Source of the DNA: Octopus sinensis
Lineage: Eukaryota
Assembly: GCF_006345805.1 (NCBI RefSeq)
Contig: NC_043001.1
Coordinates: 52,762,001 to 52,826,000 of the forward strand
Direction of reading: 5' to 3'
DNA: 64,000 nt
In this document: positions 26,287-40,689 of the stretch, piece by piece
Layout of the letters: the number at the start of each line of letters is the position of its first letter
Position numbering within the stretch: the stretch's first letter is position 1
Notes under the pieces: model-generated
The model's database searches: none
Told to the model about the DNA's origin: nothing
What the model saw: the letters and a program-made list of their open reading frames with translations, nothing else
Translations under genes and position numbers: made by a program

Positions 26287-26689
26287 TACTATTAATAACA
26301 GTAGTAATACGTCTTTATTTGAAATATATATATATATATCCATCTTTTCACTGAGTCTCTTTTCTTTCTCTGTATATATCTCTATTTTTCTATAAACTTA
26401 TGTTTGTGTAGACATACATACATACTTATATTTATACAACCACCTCTTACTCTCTCTATATCCTTCTCTCTACACCTCTCTCGCTCTCATCTTCTCTCTG
26501 TCACTCTCCTATCATTTGTCTCTCTCTCTCTCTTTCTTTCTCCCTCTCCTTTTCTCTTTCGTGAGGTGTGCATAGCATTGCTGATACATGTCTGTGAATT
26601 CAAATAATGCAATTACTGTTGTGAACCTGGAAAATTGCTGATGGAGAAATTTGAAGTAGCATTATCACAGCAGCACTGAGCAGCAATGG

Positions 26690-28260
26690 TTATACGAGAA
26701 CTACAGCCCAGATAGTTTCGAAAAAACTAGAATACCTTCGTTCCTCTGCCTTCATTAGACCATACATCAAGATCCTGGATGCAACTTGGGAAACGTTTGC
26801 AGTAATAATGAAAATGGCGGGCATTGGTGGAACGGAAACCAGATGTCTCTTTGACCCAGTAGACCCCGAAAAGAACAAAGACGAAGCCACGATCGAAAGT
26901 CCTGGTAAGGAAGGAAACACTAAATATACTGGCAATATCCATACATCTGTAGTCATCCAGAGGGACAAGAGGGATTAAAAAGGAAGATTACAAGAAAAAA
27001 TTAGTTTAACCAAGAGCTTCTCGAATTAAACAATAAGAAGCAGGAACAAAAAAGGATGGACGAAAAAACAAAAACAAAAATGTAAAATCTCCAAGATACA
27101 CCAGGATGTATCATGTCAAATGTGGAGGTTATTTTGAAACCCCAAAATAAAAGACAAACAAAATGTGGAACCGAATAGAATACATAGAAAGTGCACAAAA
27201 TAGATACAGAAGAGAAAGAAACTACGATGGGGTTGCAGTATACATCTGTGAGGATCTCACACTCTAGGTCCTGTTGTCATATTCTGATTCAATGTGTGAG
27301 ACTCAAATTGTAGACATTGTTATATGTACGATATTGTTATATGTACTAAATACCACATACTAGATTCTCCAAACCACACAGTCATGTTTCGCAAAAATTG
27401 AAGTCATAACGAAACGAAACAACTTCACTATTGTAGCATTGCTCAAAAACGTCATGGTCTCACGAATGACACACTACCAACAAGTACTCATGAAGTCCCA
27501 TCACAAGCTTACCAATGTTTTATTAATGGAGCAAACGGTGCTCCAGCCAACCAGGATAAAAATATACTGGATTTCTGCTTTCCAAACCTCATTGATATTA
27601 TCCATAATGTGTGACATCGACACTAGCTCCGGATCACAATATGCTAAAGATGATTATTTCTCTGACAAAAAGAAGCGACAAGCATACAAAGTTTAAGAGG
27701 CGCCCGGAATCTCTGCACACTGAACTTTCATGAAACAAACTGGAAATATATTTAGACATAGATCTTCAAACATGATTTTCTTTAATGACTCTCCACACCA
27801 GATATCAAATATGGAACTTATACATTTCATGCTCGTAAGGCAGGTCATATGCTACAAATTTGAAATACAATTTATATGTCACACACACAAAAAAAATATT
27901 CTCAGAGAAATGAAAATTCCGATGATACGATGGATAAAGTGTGCAAATCGCCCGAGGAAACACCTCATAAGTTATGTAAAGTCGCTTCTGTAAACGAAAC
28001 ATATGAAGAAATAGAAAAGTGAGCAACATTCCTATGAGAAAGAGTACCGAGATAAAGAATTCGGATTGTAAAACAAATATAAAATGTAATACAAAAGCTT
28101 TCATTAATTTGACCAAGAAAATGACCTATAGGCTACAAAAAGACGGCTACCTCACAAGTAACACCAACAGCTTAGTATTTGAACTGTTAGAGTTATTTTC
28201 GCAATTTATGCAGTAGAAACCGTCAACAAGTAAATAGTATTTTCCTAAACAATAGATCCA
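26690..28260 (+). mobile_element. Highly decayed LINE (ORF1 end plus apurinic endonuclease region)
   Basis: DGVAVYICEDL...LLSYSDSMCETQIV (~27215-27310) matches the LINE endonuclease GGVAxY motif; many stops. Confidence 0.5.
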
Positions 28261-28699
28261 CTTATTTCGGTTCGTGACTTATTCACGAATATAACAACAC
28301 TAGTGCTCCTGAGGGTAATATTCTTTGGGAACGTATAAATGTCCTTTCCAGAGTTATTTACTTTGAATTGTTATCTCATATCTTATTAGTCTGTTATTAT
28401 GTAACATGCTTCACGGTTTTAGTATACATACGTTATTAGTATTTACTCCTATATTCTATATACTCTGGGAACGCATTAAAGCTCTTTTCGGGGCTACTTT
28501 ATTTGACTTCTTAGCATCGAGTAACTAATTTCATGTTATTACATAATTGATTTCACAATTTGAGCATTCATAACATATTGGGAATTCCTAAAAACAAGAT
28601 CCTGTGTAAGGCAGTTTGGTTTTTCTCAATAAAAGCAGAAAAACCGTTTAAAGGGCTACATACTTTGTATTGTTGCTACTGGATTAGCAAAACAGCTAT

Positions 28700-28930
28700 A
28701 CGAACGGAACCGAGAGATAAGCCCCGCTTTCCCGGGAATTACCGGGTATGTCAGCGAGTTCATACTACATGGTGGCTGCCCCCTCGTTATCGAGTATGGC
28801 CATTGCACGAAGCTTACTCAATGTTGTTATCGTGCAATGCCTGGGCAAGAAGTTTTTTTTTAAGTGAGGAAAGGCTGTGCACTGAATCAATCACACTCAC
28901 TAAGCAACAGCAGCCATAATCCGAAAAGAA
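28700..28930 (-). mobile_element. Possible hAT transposase C-terminal remnant
   Basis: Minus peptide VHSLSSLKKNFLPRHCTITTLSKLRAMAILDNE weakly resembles the hAT dimerisation motif; terminal-like cccgggaattaccggg. Confidence 0.25.
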
Positions 28931-29009
28931 GAACATGTCAACATCATCGGTAACAACTGAGCCGCATGTTGGAGTTATCCCAGTTACCTGAGTTACCTTC
29001 TCCTAGAAG

Positions 29010-30550
29010 GATGCCCTAGCAAAGGCTAGGAGCCCTTCACTTATCAAAGCGTTGGCTCCGGTCATCTGCGAGCCCTTAACAAGACTATTCAATATGTCAT
29101 TGGCGACGGGTGTTATACCTGCAGACTGGAGAACAGCGATAATCTGCCCAATTTTCAAGAAAGGGAGCCGCGAAGACCCGCTTAACTACCGACCGGTTTC
29201 CCTTACGTCAATAATCAGCAAGATGTTCGAAACCATCATTAAGAAAAGTATGATTATCCACCTCCTAAACACAGCCTCTATCTCTGATTCCCAACACGGC
29301 TTCGTGCCGAAGAGATCATGCTTGACCAACTTACTAGTAATGGAAGAATTGGTGACGAGCATCCTCGATGATAGTGATGCTGTTGACATCGTTTTATTGG
29401 ACTTTGCCAAAGCTTTTGACTCGGTAAACCACCGCCTATTACTTGTCAAGCTTCAAGTATATAGTTTCCATCCGGATATTATACGATGGGTTGGTGCCTT
29501 CCTCTCAGATCGCTCCTTCCAAGTCCAAGTTAATGGTTCGCGGTCCGACGTCTCCAGTGCGAGCAGTGGCGTGCCTCAAGGTTCAGTGCTTGGGCCCTTG
29601 TTGTTCTTAGTCTTCATAAATGACTTGCCCGACGACCTCACGCAACACACCCTTCTATTTGCCGACGTTATCAAACTGGTCGCTCCTCGCGGTAATATAG
29701 AGGATCTTCGTCGATGCCTCCACCAAACTTGGAAGTGGTCTAACGATTGGGACCTGTGTCTGAACGTGTCAAAGTGCTGTCATCTGCCTGTCGGCTCTAC
29801 TCCTGCAACTCAACTTGATTTCGAGCCGGGTCGTCTGCTGCTGGAGAGGACCGATCAGGTAAAGGACCTGGGTATCTTGGTGGATTCCTCCTTTTCGCCT
29901 TCGGCCCAGTGCGTCCATGCTGCCAACAAAGCACGCGGAATTCTGTTCTTGATTCGACGGTCATTCGGAATGCTCACAGCAGCCATATTCCTACCACTCT
30001 ATGTCACGCTGGTGAGACCCATACTGGAGTATGGGATTCAAGCCTCTTCTCCTTATCTCCTCAAAGACATACAACATCTCGAAAGAGTCCAGAAGCTGGC
30101 TACCCGCATGGTTCATGGTCTCAAAAATTTGTCCTACGAAGAAAGGCTGAGGACGCTCGACCTTTATTCTCTTGAAAAACGCCGCCGCCGTGGTGATCTC
30201 ATTCTCGCCCACAACATCATAAGCGGAAAGTGTAACCTCTCGAAAGAGCTGTTCTTCACTCCTGCTCCAGAGCGTCGGCTGCGGGGTCATTCCGAAAAGC
30301 TCTACCTGCGACGACTTCATCTCAATCGAAGGAGAGGAGCTTTCTCCGTCCGGGTTGCGGATCCGTGGTACAAGCTGCCAGACGAGATGGTGAAGATGCC
30401 GACGACCGCTTTGTTCAAAGCCTCCCTGGACCTCAAGTGGCCTGAACTCTTTACATGAACACCACCATGTACTTAACTCCATGTCCCCCTACATGGCCTT
30501 GCTATTTGCTTTTGAGCTAAATTAACTAACTAACTAACTAACTAACTAAC
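29010..30550 (+). mobile_element. 5'-truncated CR1/L2-superfamily LINE with (ACTA)n tail
   Basis: 468-codon open frame with NYRPVSLTS, QHGF, LDFAKAFDSV, GVPQGSVLGP and LFADV motifs; tail taactaactaac at 30521-30550; no endonuclease upstream. Confidence 0.95.
29052..30458 (+). pseudogene. LINE reverse transcriptase ORF, N-truncated, catalytic FADD changed to FADV
   Basis: ORF track; start codon is TTG within the truncated element; second catalytic Asp replaced by Val. Confidence 0.9.
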
Positions 30551-30584
30551 CTCACCCCGTTTTTCTACCCCCAAAATAGTTTTG

Positions 30585-30720
30585 TAGCATGTTAGGAGGT
30601 CACAGGAATTCATTCAACGAAAAAATATATCCAATGTTTCCTGGATCTCTCCTTGCCCCACCCCCAGGGATTCACAGCATATTAGGAGGTCAGGTTACTT
30701 GATTCCACGCAAAAAATCAA
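30585..30720. repeat. Degenerate ~90-bp tandem duplication
   Basis: agcatgttaggaggtcacagg...ttcaacgaaaaaat and agcatattaggaggtcagg...ttccacgcaaaaaat. Confidence 0.6.
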
Positions 30721-31289
30721 ATCTTTTGTTTCTCTTATTGAAATTTACCTTAATGTTGTTATTATGTAACCTCAAATCCATCCTGATACAGTGAATCTAC
30801 CATCAAAGACATTCCAGCCTTCAGCAAACCGTCTTTTTAGGGGTAATCTAGGACATTACATACAATGGGCGAGTGATTTAGGTAGGGGGATACTGTGGCT
30901 GTTATTTTTAGCTTGTCGAGCGACCAGGTAGACGCTCTTTCATTGGTTCGATTGCGTGATGAGAATTTTTTACACAAATATGTGATATGTTTATATGTCA
31001 ACGGCAGAAGTTAGAGAGTAAGTCAAAAGCTGAGAGGTTTGTGTATTGGAACTTATCAAACACGAATTTGTCCATTGCAACTCTATAACTTCGGACGAAA
31101 TAAATTCTAAAATACAAAATTTTGTCAAAAACGTTAAGAGTAAATCCTCTTATATGTGACACATTCTACCAGTATCGGAAGTTTGAAAGGTATTGGTTAA
31201 AAAAATTAATTAAATAATCTGTACATCTGATTGAATAGATGGGCAATGGATGAAAGGCAAAGACGATTTGAACTCAGATAGGTAATTCA

Positions 31290-31337
31290 CCGGGAGCGAT
31301 AACGTTTCTGCCAGCTTGCCGCCTTAGAGTGTAGGCA
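31290..31337 (-). mobile_element. SINE family B head fragment
   Basis: Reverse complement aaggcggcaagctggcagaaacgtt matches the 52160 copy. Confidence 0.6.
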
Positions 31338-34300
31338 TTCATTTTAGAAATATATTCTTATTGTTTGGGGCGTCACTTCCTTACTTACTTCCTCACTTAC
31401 TGACTTAACATTTCATCACATTTTACTTTATAACTCTTTCTCTACTTATTTATTTTTGTTCAATGCGACTAACGATTCTGAATTCCTTATGCATTTTCCC
31501 ATCATTTTTGCCTAAGAATGTATACTTTTATTTTAAAATTAAAATATTTGTTAATTGAAGATGGATACCTGCCTTACTGCCCTCCTTGAGGTCTCACATA
31601 TTTTGACGTAACTTTTTTCTACATAACCTATTTATGCCAAAGTGTAACTGAGAAGGTTTCCTCTTTAAAACTGTTAACAGTTTGCTATTTAGTTGACAAC
31701 TGAATTAGTGGTGAAGCTTGGAAGCTGCTGCGATTGATCGAAATGGTAGACTTAAGAATGTATTTAAACACTACCGTGGTTGAATGACATATTTTATATA
31801 CATACAAATACATATGCATGTGTGCATGTGTGAATGTAGCTATACATGCAAACATGGAGCACAAGCACACTTATATATATGCATTTGTGTATGCTTTTTT
31901 GTGTATTTGTGTATATGTGTGTGTGTTGTGTGTGTATTTGACGCGCGTGTGTGTACACATATATATTTTCTAAGGAAAGCAGTAGTTATAAGTGAGCTAT
32001 TTCGCTTTTATGATTAGATTGTGCAGAAATTGGACAGACATGCATAAAATATTGGAGAATTTTCGGCAATTGCTCTGGCTTTAGAGCTGAAACCTTTGCT
32101 GGGAAACTATTGCTTGATTATAGACGGGACAATATAGAAACCCGTCCAAATAATGCATTACCTGCGCATGAAACTTGAAGTAGGTCATGATTAACGCATG
32201 TATAGCTTCAAGGGTATATCACTCTCACTGAAGCACACACACACACACACACAGGCATGCATATATATTCCTGTTTTAATTTTCATGTTTGATTTTTCCT
32301 TAATGTTTGTATTAAATAATATGAACATTAGTTATAATGTGACATATATTTAAAGTTCTGACGGCATAAAGTGATGATATGTAAACAATATTTAATGACA
32401 TCTGTAAAACATTATCAACGAGGGAAAACTTTCTGCGATGACATATTTGAACAGAAATTTCTTTTATAGACTTCTCCCTATTGCCTTACAACGGGTCTAC
32501 ATTTATGAAGGTGACTGATATACATACATTTGACGACATATATGCTCCTGATATACAAGGATTATAACTGATGGGATAAAACAGCGATTCTACAGTTTAA
32601 ACAATTCTAGCATGTAACACTTGACAAAAACTGTCGCCTTTGTAGAGAAGAAAATATAGACATTTTCAGTGAGAACTATAGTCATTATATGATGGATTGT
32701 AATCAAATACGAATTTACGTTATATTACTTCATTAATAAACTGAGGTTAATAAACTGAGGTATGGATTTTAGTGTAGATCCTGCAAGTAATAGTCACAAT
32801 GTTGGATGCATATAGAGAAGAAATATTTCCTAAAAATTTGAAAGGTAAATAATAAAAAAATTCTAATCTGAGATATTACACCGAGAAGCATAACATGAAG
32901 ACATACGTAATAATTGATTAGTAGTTGCTAGGCAATGAGAAAGTATGATATTCATGAATCTTTCGTTGTTCGCCATTCGAGGAAACAATAATGATGATTA
33001 TATAGTATCTTAAGCTATATATTCTCGCAGAAGTTTTCAGTTTTCAAACAAGTTATTAGATATCTAAACTGATAACAGATCTCAATATATATCCCACGTC
33101 TTTCCGTTGATATCTAATGACATTGCTGTGTACATGTAAAATGTTGTTCTATCCAATTCATTAGAGCATTTCAACACGAGAAAGTTTACTTTCAAAGATT
33201 TACTGATAAACATTATTACATCTGCTCTATATAACTGAAATAAACTGGATACCAATGTTTTAATACATTAAGTCTTTTTAGATTTAAATTTAACGGATTG
33301 TGCCTTTAATATGTGTCTGCAATATAAGGAATAAGTTATGTTCCACGGTTCAATCTTTTGGTACATTTTTTCATGTGACAATGAAATTAATTTTAAAAAG
33401 AAAGAATAAATATATAAAATGGGCAAACGAAGAGAATAAATGAATGTAAATTCAGGTTGTTATATTCCATAGATATTGGAAGCTGTTTGATCACAATCTT
33501 ACTGGGCGAACGTAGTATTTAATCTGGTCTTAAAGTTTAAAATAATTTTTGCTTGACTAGGCACATTACCAATCTAACTAATTACTAGTGGCTATAAGAA
33601 TAAGAAAGTTCGTATTGTTAGTTCGATAGGAAAGGAAACATCAAATGCTTTGTGAAAATAAAGTATGCTATTGAGATTTAATACAAAAAAACCCCAGAAA
33701 TAACTGAGAACAAGCTACACTCAAATATTTTCCTGGGAACTTTTTTTACATTCACTAAACTTTATTTCTTCGAGGCTTCTATTTAAATATTTTTAATAAT
33801 GAAATAGTATTTAAGAAAATATAACTATATTATAATGTTAAACAAATGCTATATTTAAATTCAAAACGAAACTTTGAAACCGACGAGGGGGGGGCGTGCA
33901 ACTGAAATACGAAATATATATCGTGACTTTTGCAATAAGATGTAACTGGCATATGGCTAACAAGAATTCTGCTCCGTCGTATAATTATTAGGCATAAAAG
34001 ACAACTATAAATCAGATTACTTCTTATTGTCTTATAAAATAAAAGATACAATATTTAATTTTGTTTAAGTATGAAAGAAATGATTTGGATGTACAGTCGG
34101 CCAGTTGTATAGCTTTAATTACTATAGACTGATCGTGTGATTAAACAACAACAACAACAACACTATAACATAATTTGGCTCCAGAGACAATGAAGCTGAA
34201 TACTTTTCTTAGTGTCGCTTCATGTGGCAAGTTTAAGTTAAGTATAGAGAAATCTTGCTTTGACCAACGACAAGAAGCCTCATATCAGTCTCAATGCTGT

Positions 34301-35461
34301 TGATGAATAGAGTCACTGGTAAACGAATATGACCAGTAGTACGAGAAGAGGATAATGTATTTAATATAGTGAGGAGATTTAACTATTAGATGTTCCGAAA
34401 ATATGTGTAGGCCTCTGCAGCTTGCAACAGATTGAGTAGTAATGCTGCTCAGTGAACTCAACATTTCATAGTTAGTTTTATGCTATATTGTCTCTTGTAA
34501 TAATGTGTAGTTAACTATATGCAGTGATCCAGTTCTGGGTCTTACCATTTCTCAAGAACAGCACTTCCAACATATTTTAATGTTTTGAAACGTACAATGC
34601 TGGTTCGCAATCATTAGAGGCACCGACGTGTGATCCAGCAATCGTGGTTTTATGACAGACCGGAATTTGACACTGCATTCAAAAATTTTATGCAATTTCC
34701 TGAATATCTCTTAGTGAATGAGGTGATTGGGAGTGTCAATGATATAGAAAAATTATTTTGCGAATGCACAATGAACTTTTATTTCATGTGCGATAAAAAT
34801 GTGATATGAAGCGTTTATTCCAAAAAATATAGAAAACGAATCACTGCTCCATGATCTCTCACCTAGAATATATACTAATTATATTTTAGATTTTGTTCTC
34901 TGAGGCATTGACGTCTTGTAAAATGTGCACGTTGTATTTTAAATATTCGGACTTAATTGTTGAAAAGAATCGGTCACAGCAACCATTTCTTACATTGAAA
35001 TAAACTGATTTGTGTTGAATATTTCGTCATATTTTTACTGTATCTTTGTCCCAATTATTGTATCTGATGTCACAAGTAGGGATTATAACATGATAAATGC
35101 ACACCGTATTGAATTAATATCGCCTTGTCGATCGTAATTTAATATTAGTCCTCCACGAATACGAACGCAAAATTTTTTATTGGTATTAAAATCAATATTT
35201 AATAATTTTTATACTGGGGTTGAAAATTTGAAAGAAAAATACTTCTTAATAGACTTCAAAATCAATAAGAAGGATTTCTCGTAGATAAGAATATATAACA
35301 AAACCTGTTTACTTTGAGAATAGTGAGGCGTATGATATGATCAATATCCATTGAATTACATAACATTTGCATGTGCACACCTATCATGTTATTATGTTCA
35401 GTAAATCTAATGGTTATAGCAGTTTTTTAACGGATGATTAAACAAATAATCGATAACATTT

Positions 35462-35538
<77 letters not shown>

Positions 35539-36004
35539 TATATATATTTTATATATATATATCTTACCACATTTATACTAATGTAAGAGCAATATAAAGA
35601 AACACAAAGCTTGTTAAAGCCTGTAAAGGTATTCAGAGTGCTTGTACATTACCACCCTGCTATTTGTTTAGTGACACGTTGGTAAGCCACACAATCCACA
35701 CAAGAACATAATACTAGAATACACGAGAAAAAGACAAAAGCCTTAGTGTATGTTTTGTATACTGAAAAAATATTAAAACAATAAAATCACAGTGTTATCT
35801 AAAATAGAAATAAATTATACGCTACCATTGTATACAAAAGGAGAATTTAATGCCATTCGGCAAGAATATGTACAAAATATCTACAGAGCGTTTTTGTTTT
35901 TATAAAATGGTGCAAAGAGAATGGCATCTAAGGAAAAGTGTATATTTGTATATTTAAATATGTATGTGCATACGCAAGCATCTACATGTATGTATATATA
36001 TCAC

Positions 36005-36320
36005 CTTGATCACCCTGACCGACCAGGCTAACATATGTTGATACACATCGCTGGTCACAATGCGGTTCGCATTGTTTTAGCCTTCAAATGACGCCACCTC
36101 GCTGCCTAAGCGAGCAGGCAAACAGAAGAAAGAAAGAGAGAGAGAAAGTTGTGGCGAAATAGGAAAGCAGGGATCGCCACCAAACCCTGCCGGAGCCGCG
36201 TAGTGCTTTAAGTGTTTTCGCTCAATAAACACTCACAACACCCTGTCTGGGTTTCGAAACCACGATCCTGCTACCGCGAGTCCGCTGCCCTAACCACTGG
36301 GCCATTGCGCCTCCACACAC
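36005..36320 (-). mobile_element. tRNA-derived SINE (family C)
   Basis: Reverse-complement head ggaggcgcaatggcccagtggttagggcagcggactcgcgg...gtttcgaaaccc; body shared with 46880-47070. Confidence 0.85.
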
Positions 36321-36385
36321 ACACACACCTGCACACACACACACACATACACACAAACACACACACACAAACACACACACACACG

Positions 36386-36427
<42 letters not shown>

Positions 36428-36647
36428 AAAGAAGGACAATTAAAGGTTACAAACCTCATTCAGGGATAGCAAAATTCTATGGTTATTTACCTATACAAAG
36501 ATAATTGAACATTATATTTAATACTCCACTGCAAGGTAACTATATAAACCGTGGTTCATATATATCTTATCTATGATAATAATAAGATGAGAGAATAAAA
36601 AGTAATTAACAAATTAGTATCTTTTAACTAAAAAAATTGACAAGAAT

Positions 36648-36730
36648 CTCTTACAGCTATTTCAATTTGGGCTCTTAGAAAATTAGCTAATTAAATTTAA
36701 AATATTTGAAAGTCGAATCTCTTCAGAGGT
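36648..36730 (-). ncRNA. Minimal hammerhead motif with palindromic AGCT stem III loop
   Basis: Minus strand: acct CTGAAGA GATT-[long loop]-AATT GAAA T AGCT G TA AGAG; stem I only partly paired. Confidence 0.5.
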
Positions 36731-37044
36731 AGACAAAAGTATACATTTTTTAAATTCACGTAAGAATAAGGAATAAGAAAAAGAATAACTTAAATTACTC
36801 AGAAGTACTATATCCTAGTATTAAAATTAAAATATGGCCATGCAAATAGGCGGGAAAATTGCTTTTCTCTCCAATTTAAAATATAAAAGCAGTCTATATG
36901 ATGCTATATATCGTACATATAAATATATATAAATATATATAGATGATAATAAATGAATATAGATGGGAACCATTAAGAAGGGTTTACCATAAAGAAATAG
37001 AGGAAACAGCTGAACAAGTTACTATATAATTTAAACATATATTC

Positions 37045-37440
37045 TTTTACTCTTTTACGTGTTTCAGTCACTTGACTGCGGCCATGCTGGAGCACCACCT
37101 TTAATCGAGTAACTCGATCCCGGGACTTATTCTTTTGTAAGCCCAGTACTTATTCTATCGGTCTCTTTTGGCGAACCGCTAAGTAACGGGGACATAAACA
37201 CACCAGCATCGGTTGTCAAGCCATGCTAGGGGGACAAACACAGACACACACACACACTCATATATATACATATATACGACGGGCTTCTTTCAGTTTCCGT
37301 CTACCAAATCAACTCAAAGGGCTTTTGTCGACCCGAGGCTATAGTAGAAGACACTTGCCCAAGGTGCCACGCAGTGGGATTGAACCCGGAAACATGTGGC
37401 TGGTAAACAAGCTACTTACCACACAGTCACTCCTGCGCCT
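37045..37440 (-). mobile_element. tRNA-derived SINE (family A), full length
   Basis: Reverse-complement head aggcgcaggagtgactgtgtggtaagtagc...gggttcaatccc; internal (CA/TA) tract; 3' ggtgctccagcatggccgcagtc...aaagagta tail. Confidence 0.9.
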
Positions 37441-37869
37441 ATATGTTAGTAATATTAAAAATAAAAATAGCAATATAATATTTTATCCATAATTAGTAAT
37501 TAGAAATTTATTTTTATGAATACAAAAGAGACTGCGTTCATTCCTGAGGTTAAGAATAGTGTCTCTAGCAGAAAAAAAAAAAACTTTTCATTTAAGCATC
37601 AAAATATTTTTTCATATTAATTTGATAGAAAGGTGCGGAAGCAAGTATTTCCAATTTACGATAGTATTCATATCCTTTAAATCTCAAATAAATATACTCA
37701 GTCCTGTAGAATTAGATTTGTGTTTGTTCTTAAAAGTATAGAGGTGCGTAGCAACTCCTTTTACGCTTTTACGCATACATGTATTCTTAAATAAGCAATT
37801 GCTTTTAATTATATATATGTGTGTGTATGTGTGTGTGTATGTATGTATATTAATAAATATGTATTCTCT

Positions 37870-38090
37870 TATCTGTTTTAGTCAACTGACTGCAGCGATA
37901 CTGGAGCACCACCGAACAAATCGACCCCGGGACTTATTCTTTGTAAGCATAGTACTTATTATATTCTATGTGTGTGCGTGTGTGTATACACGACAGGAGT
38001 CTTTCAATTTCCGTTCACTAAATCCACTCAAAAGTCTTTGGTAGACTCGAGGCTATAGTAGAAAACATTTGTCCAAGGTGCCACAGGGAA
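37870..38090 (-). mobile_element. SINE family A, deleted copy
   Basis: Shares actggagcaccac...gacttattctttgtaagc...ccaaggtgccac with the other copies. Confidence 0.8.
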
Positions 38091-38109
38091 CAAAATGAAT
38101 ATAATCAGT

Positions 38110-39010
38110 GGGACATATTATTGGCGGACATAGTATATTAAGACTTTACATTCATTTCCACCTTCAACAAAGAGAAGTATTTCATTAAGTGACATCGAAC
38201 AGTCTGCACAAATTGCACAGTGGTAATTGGTTCTGTTTCCTCTCGCGTTTTCGACCTTGTAGGGTGTTAAGCAGCTTATATTTTGATAGCGTTCAAAGGG
38301 TGGGTGTTGCAATTGATGACCAGTCCATCTCAGCAGGCGTTCCTCTATCTTTGTGCTCATTTGTTTTCCGTCAGGTATTTGCTACAATGTATCATTAGAA
38401 ACGTGTTCGTTTTCGGATATCTGATATATTCTTCTCAGGTTTCGTACGTAAGAAGTTTTCTTCATGGCCCTTTGCCGATTCGTATTTGTTACCCATGTCT
38501 CGCATCCATAATTAATAATCGGAAGACATAGGGTTCTGTGCATCATTTTCTTCGTTGTTGTGTTGATGTCAGACGACCAAAGGTGTTGAAGCTGTGACAT
38601 TGCCGCTCTCCTTCTGCCTATGATGTCACTGTTTGAGTTATGAAAGAAATCAGTCACAGCCAATCCAAAGTAAGTGAATTTATCAACCCTGGATCGCTGT
38701 TTTCCATTTGCCAGGATACCTCTTGTTTCGTTTGTGTCTATATTAATGGTGATGCACTCTGTCATTGATTCGTTTATTCCTAGTCCTTCAGCATTTGCTT
38801 CTCGCATGAGATGATATCCACGTAGTCCTGTGATTCTATAAGGGAGGGAGCAAAAAGAACAATGAGGTGATAACATTGGCACCGTATCTATTTTTTGGTT
38901 GTTATCGATGCTGTGATGAAGTCAGATGAAATTCTCGTACCAGAGTCACTTAGCCCTATCTCACATTCGCAGAAGATATATATTACCCTTGGCTTCTAAC
39001 CTTAGTGTCA
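38110..39010 (-). mobile_element. RTE-clade LINE remnant
   Basis: ORF 38382-38882: VDKFTYFG...HLWSSDINTTTKKMMHRTLCLPIINYGCETW, the RTE thumb region. Confidence 0.8.
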
Positions 39011-39243
39011 CTTCTGCAAGAGATGAAAGCAGCTCGCATCTGCACACAATATATATACATTTCAAGCGAACACACAGTCTACTCTGCATCGTTAACCAGC
39101 TAGAGGAGATGTCCTCTTGGAATTAAAAAATCGCAGTAGAGACCGCTGAAACGGAGAGCCATGTTAAAGTGGCTACGAATATCACTTCTCAGTACAACTA
39201 CTTCGTTGATCTCTGAGAGAATTTAGAAATGGCATTTTTGCTT

Positions 39244-39274
<31 letters not shown>

Positions 39275-39287
39275 AGTAATAATTATA

Positions 39288-39680
39288 TATATAATTATAA
39301 CAAGATATCGGAAACAAGTCTCTCCATACGCTGAAAATAACGTCAAATGATGCAAAAAACCACCTTCAAAACTCCAAATACACAGGTTTTAGGTGAGGAT
39401 AAACAAATGTTCAAGACATCGCTGCTCGCATGCATACGTGTAGATACTTGTAAATTTATACTCTGGAATATCTGTGCTGATGGCGGTAGTAAATATTTAT
39501 TACTTTTAGGTTGAAATTAGATCCAATACACGATTTACCAAAACGTTGATTCATTATCTTTCTTTTGCACGCCTACAGCGTGTATTTGGGGAGTTTTTAG
39601 GGTGGTTATATCATCATTTGGCGTCAATTTTCAGTGCGTGGAGAGGCTTATTCAGATCCTGTGTTATAATTATAAATATA
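39288..39680. repeat. Foldback element (~100-bp arms) bounded by ataattataa
   Basis: ttataacaagatatcggaaacaagtctctccatacgctgaaaataacgtcaaatgatg...ctccaaatacac vs the reverse complement of 39580-39675. Confidence 0.85.
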
Positions 39681-39765
39681 ATTATTAACATAATATTTAG
39701 AAAATTTATTTAGAAGTTTTTTTATTTTCATGCTCACCACCTGATAAAATCATGTATGATTTGTC

Positions 39766-39838
<73 letters not shown>

Positions 39839-39850
39839 TTTATACATACA

Positions 39851-39897
<47 letters not shown>

Positions 39898-39944
39898 ATG
39901 CCAATCTGGTAAATAATATAGTTCTTATATGTATACATAAATAT

Positions 39945-39993
<49 letters not shown>

Positions 39994-40009
39994 TTCTCTT
40001 TTTCTCTCT

Positions 40010-40508
<499 letters not shown>

Positions 40509-40689
40509 TATATATATACATATTTAGATATACAAATATTGTACTCAAATAAATCAGATTAGTGATTTCGTAACTCAAGTCTAAAATATACTTATATAGG
40601 TCGACTTACTAAATCTATTCTGGAGACAATACTACCACTAATAATAATAAAGTTAGTGAGGCGGATTATGTCACCCTCGAATGACAAGA

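Noticed and set aside
29186-30482. ORFs 29186-29449, 29909-30175 and 29991-30482
   Set aside because: Antisense or alternative-frame shadows of the CR1 RT.
32158-32223. Minus-strand exon-like segment (CAG|GTAATG donor)
   Set aside because: No frame is open through the segment in a phase compatible with the neighbouring candidate exon at 31569-31627.
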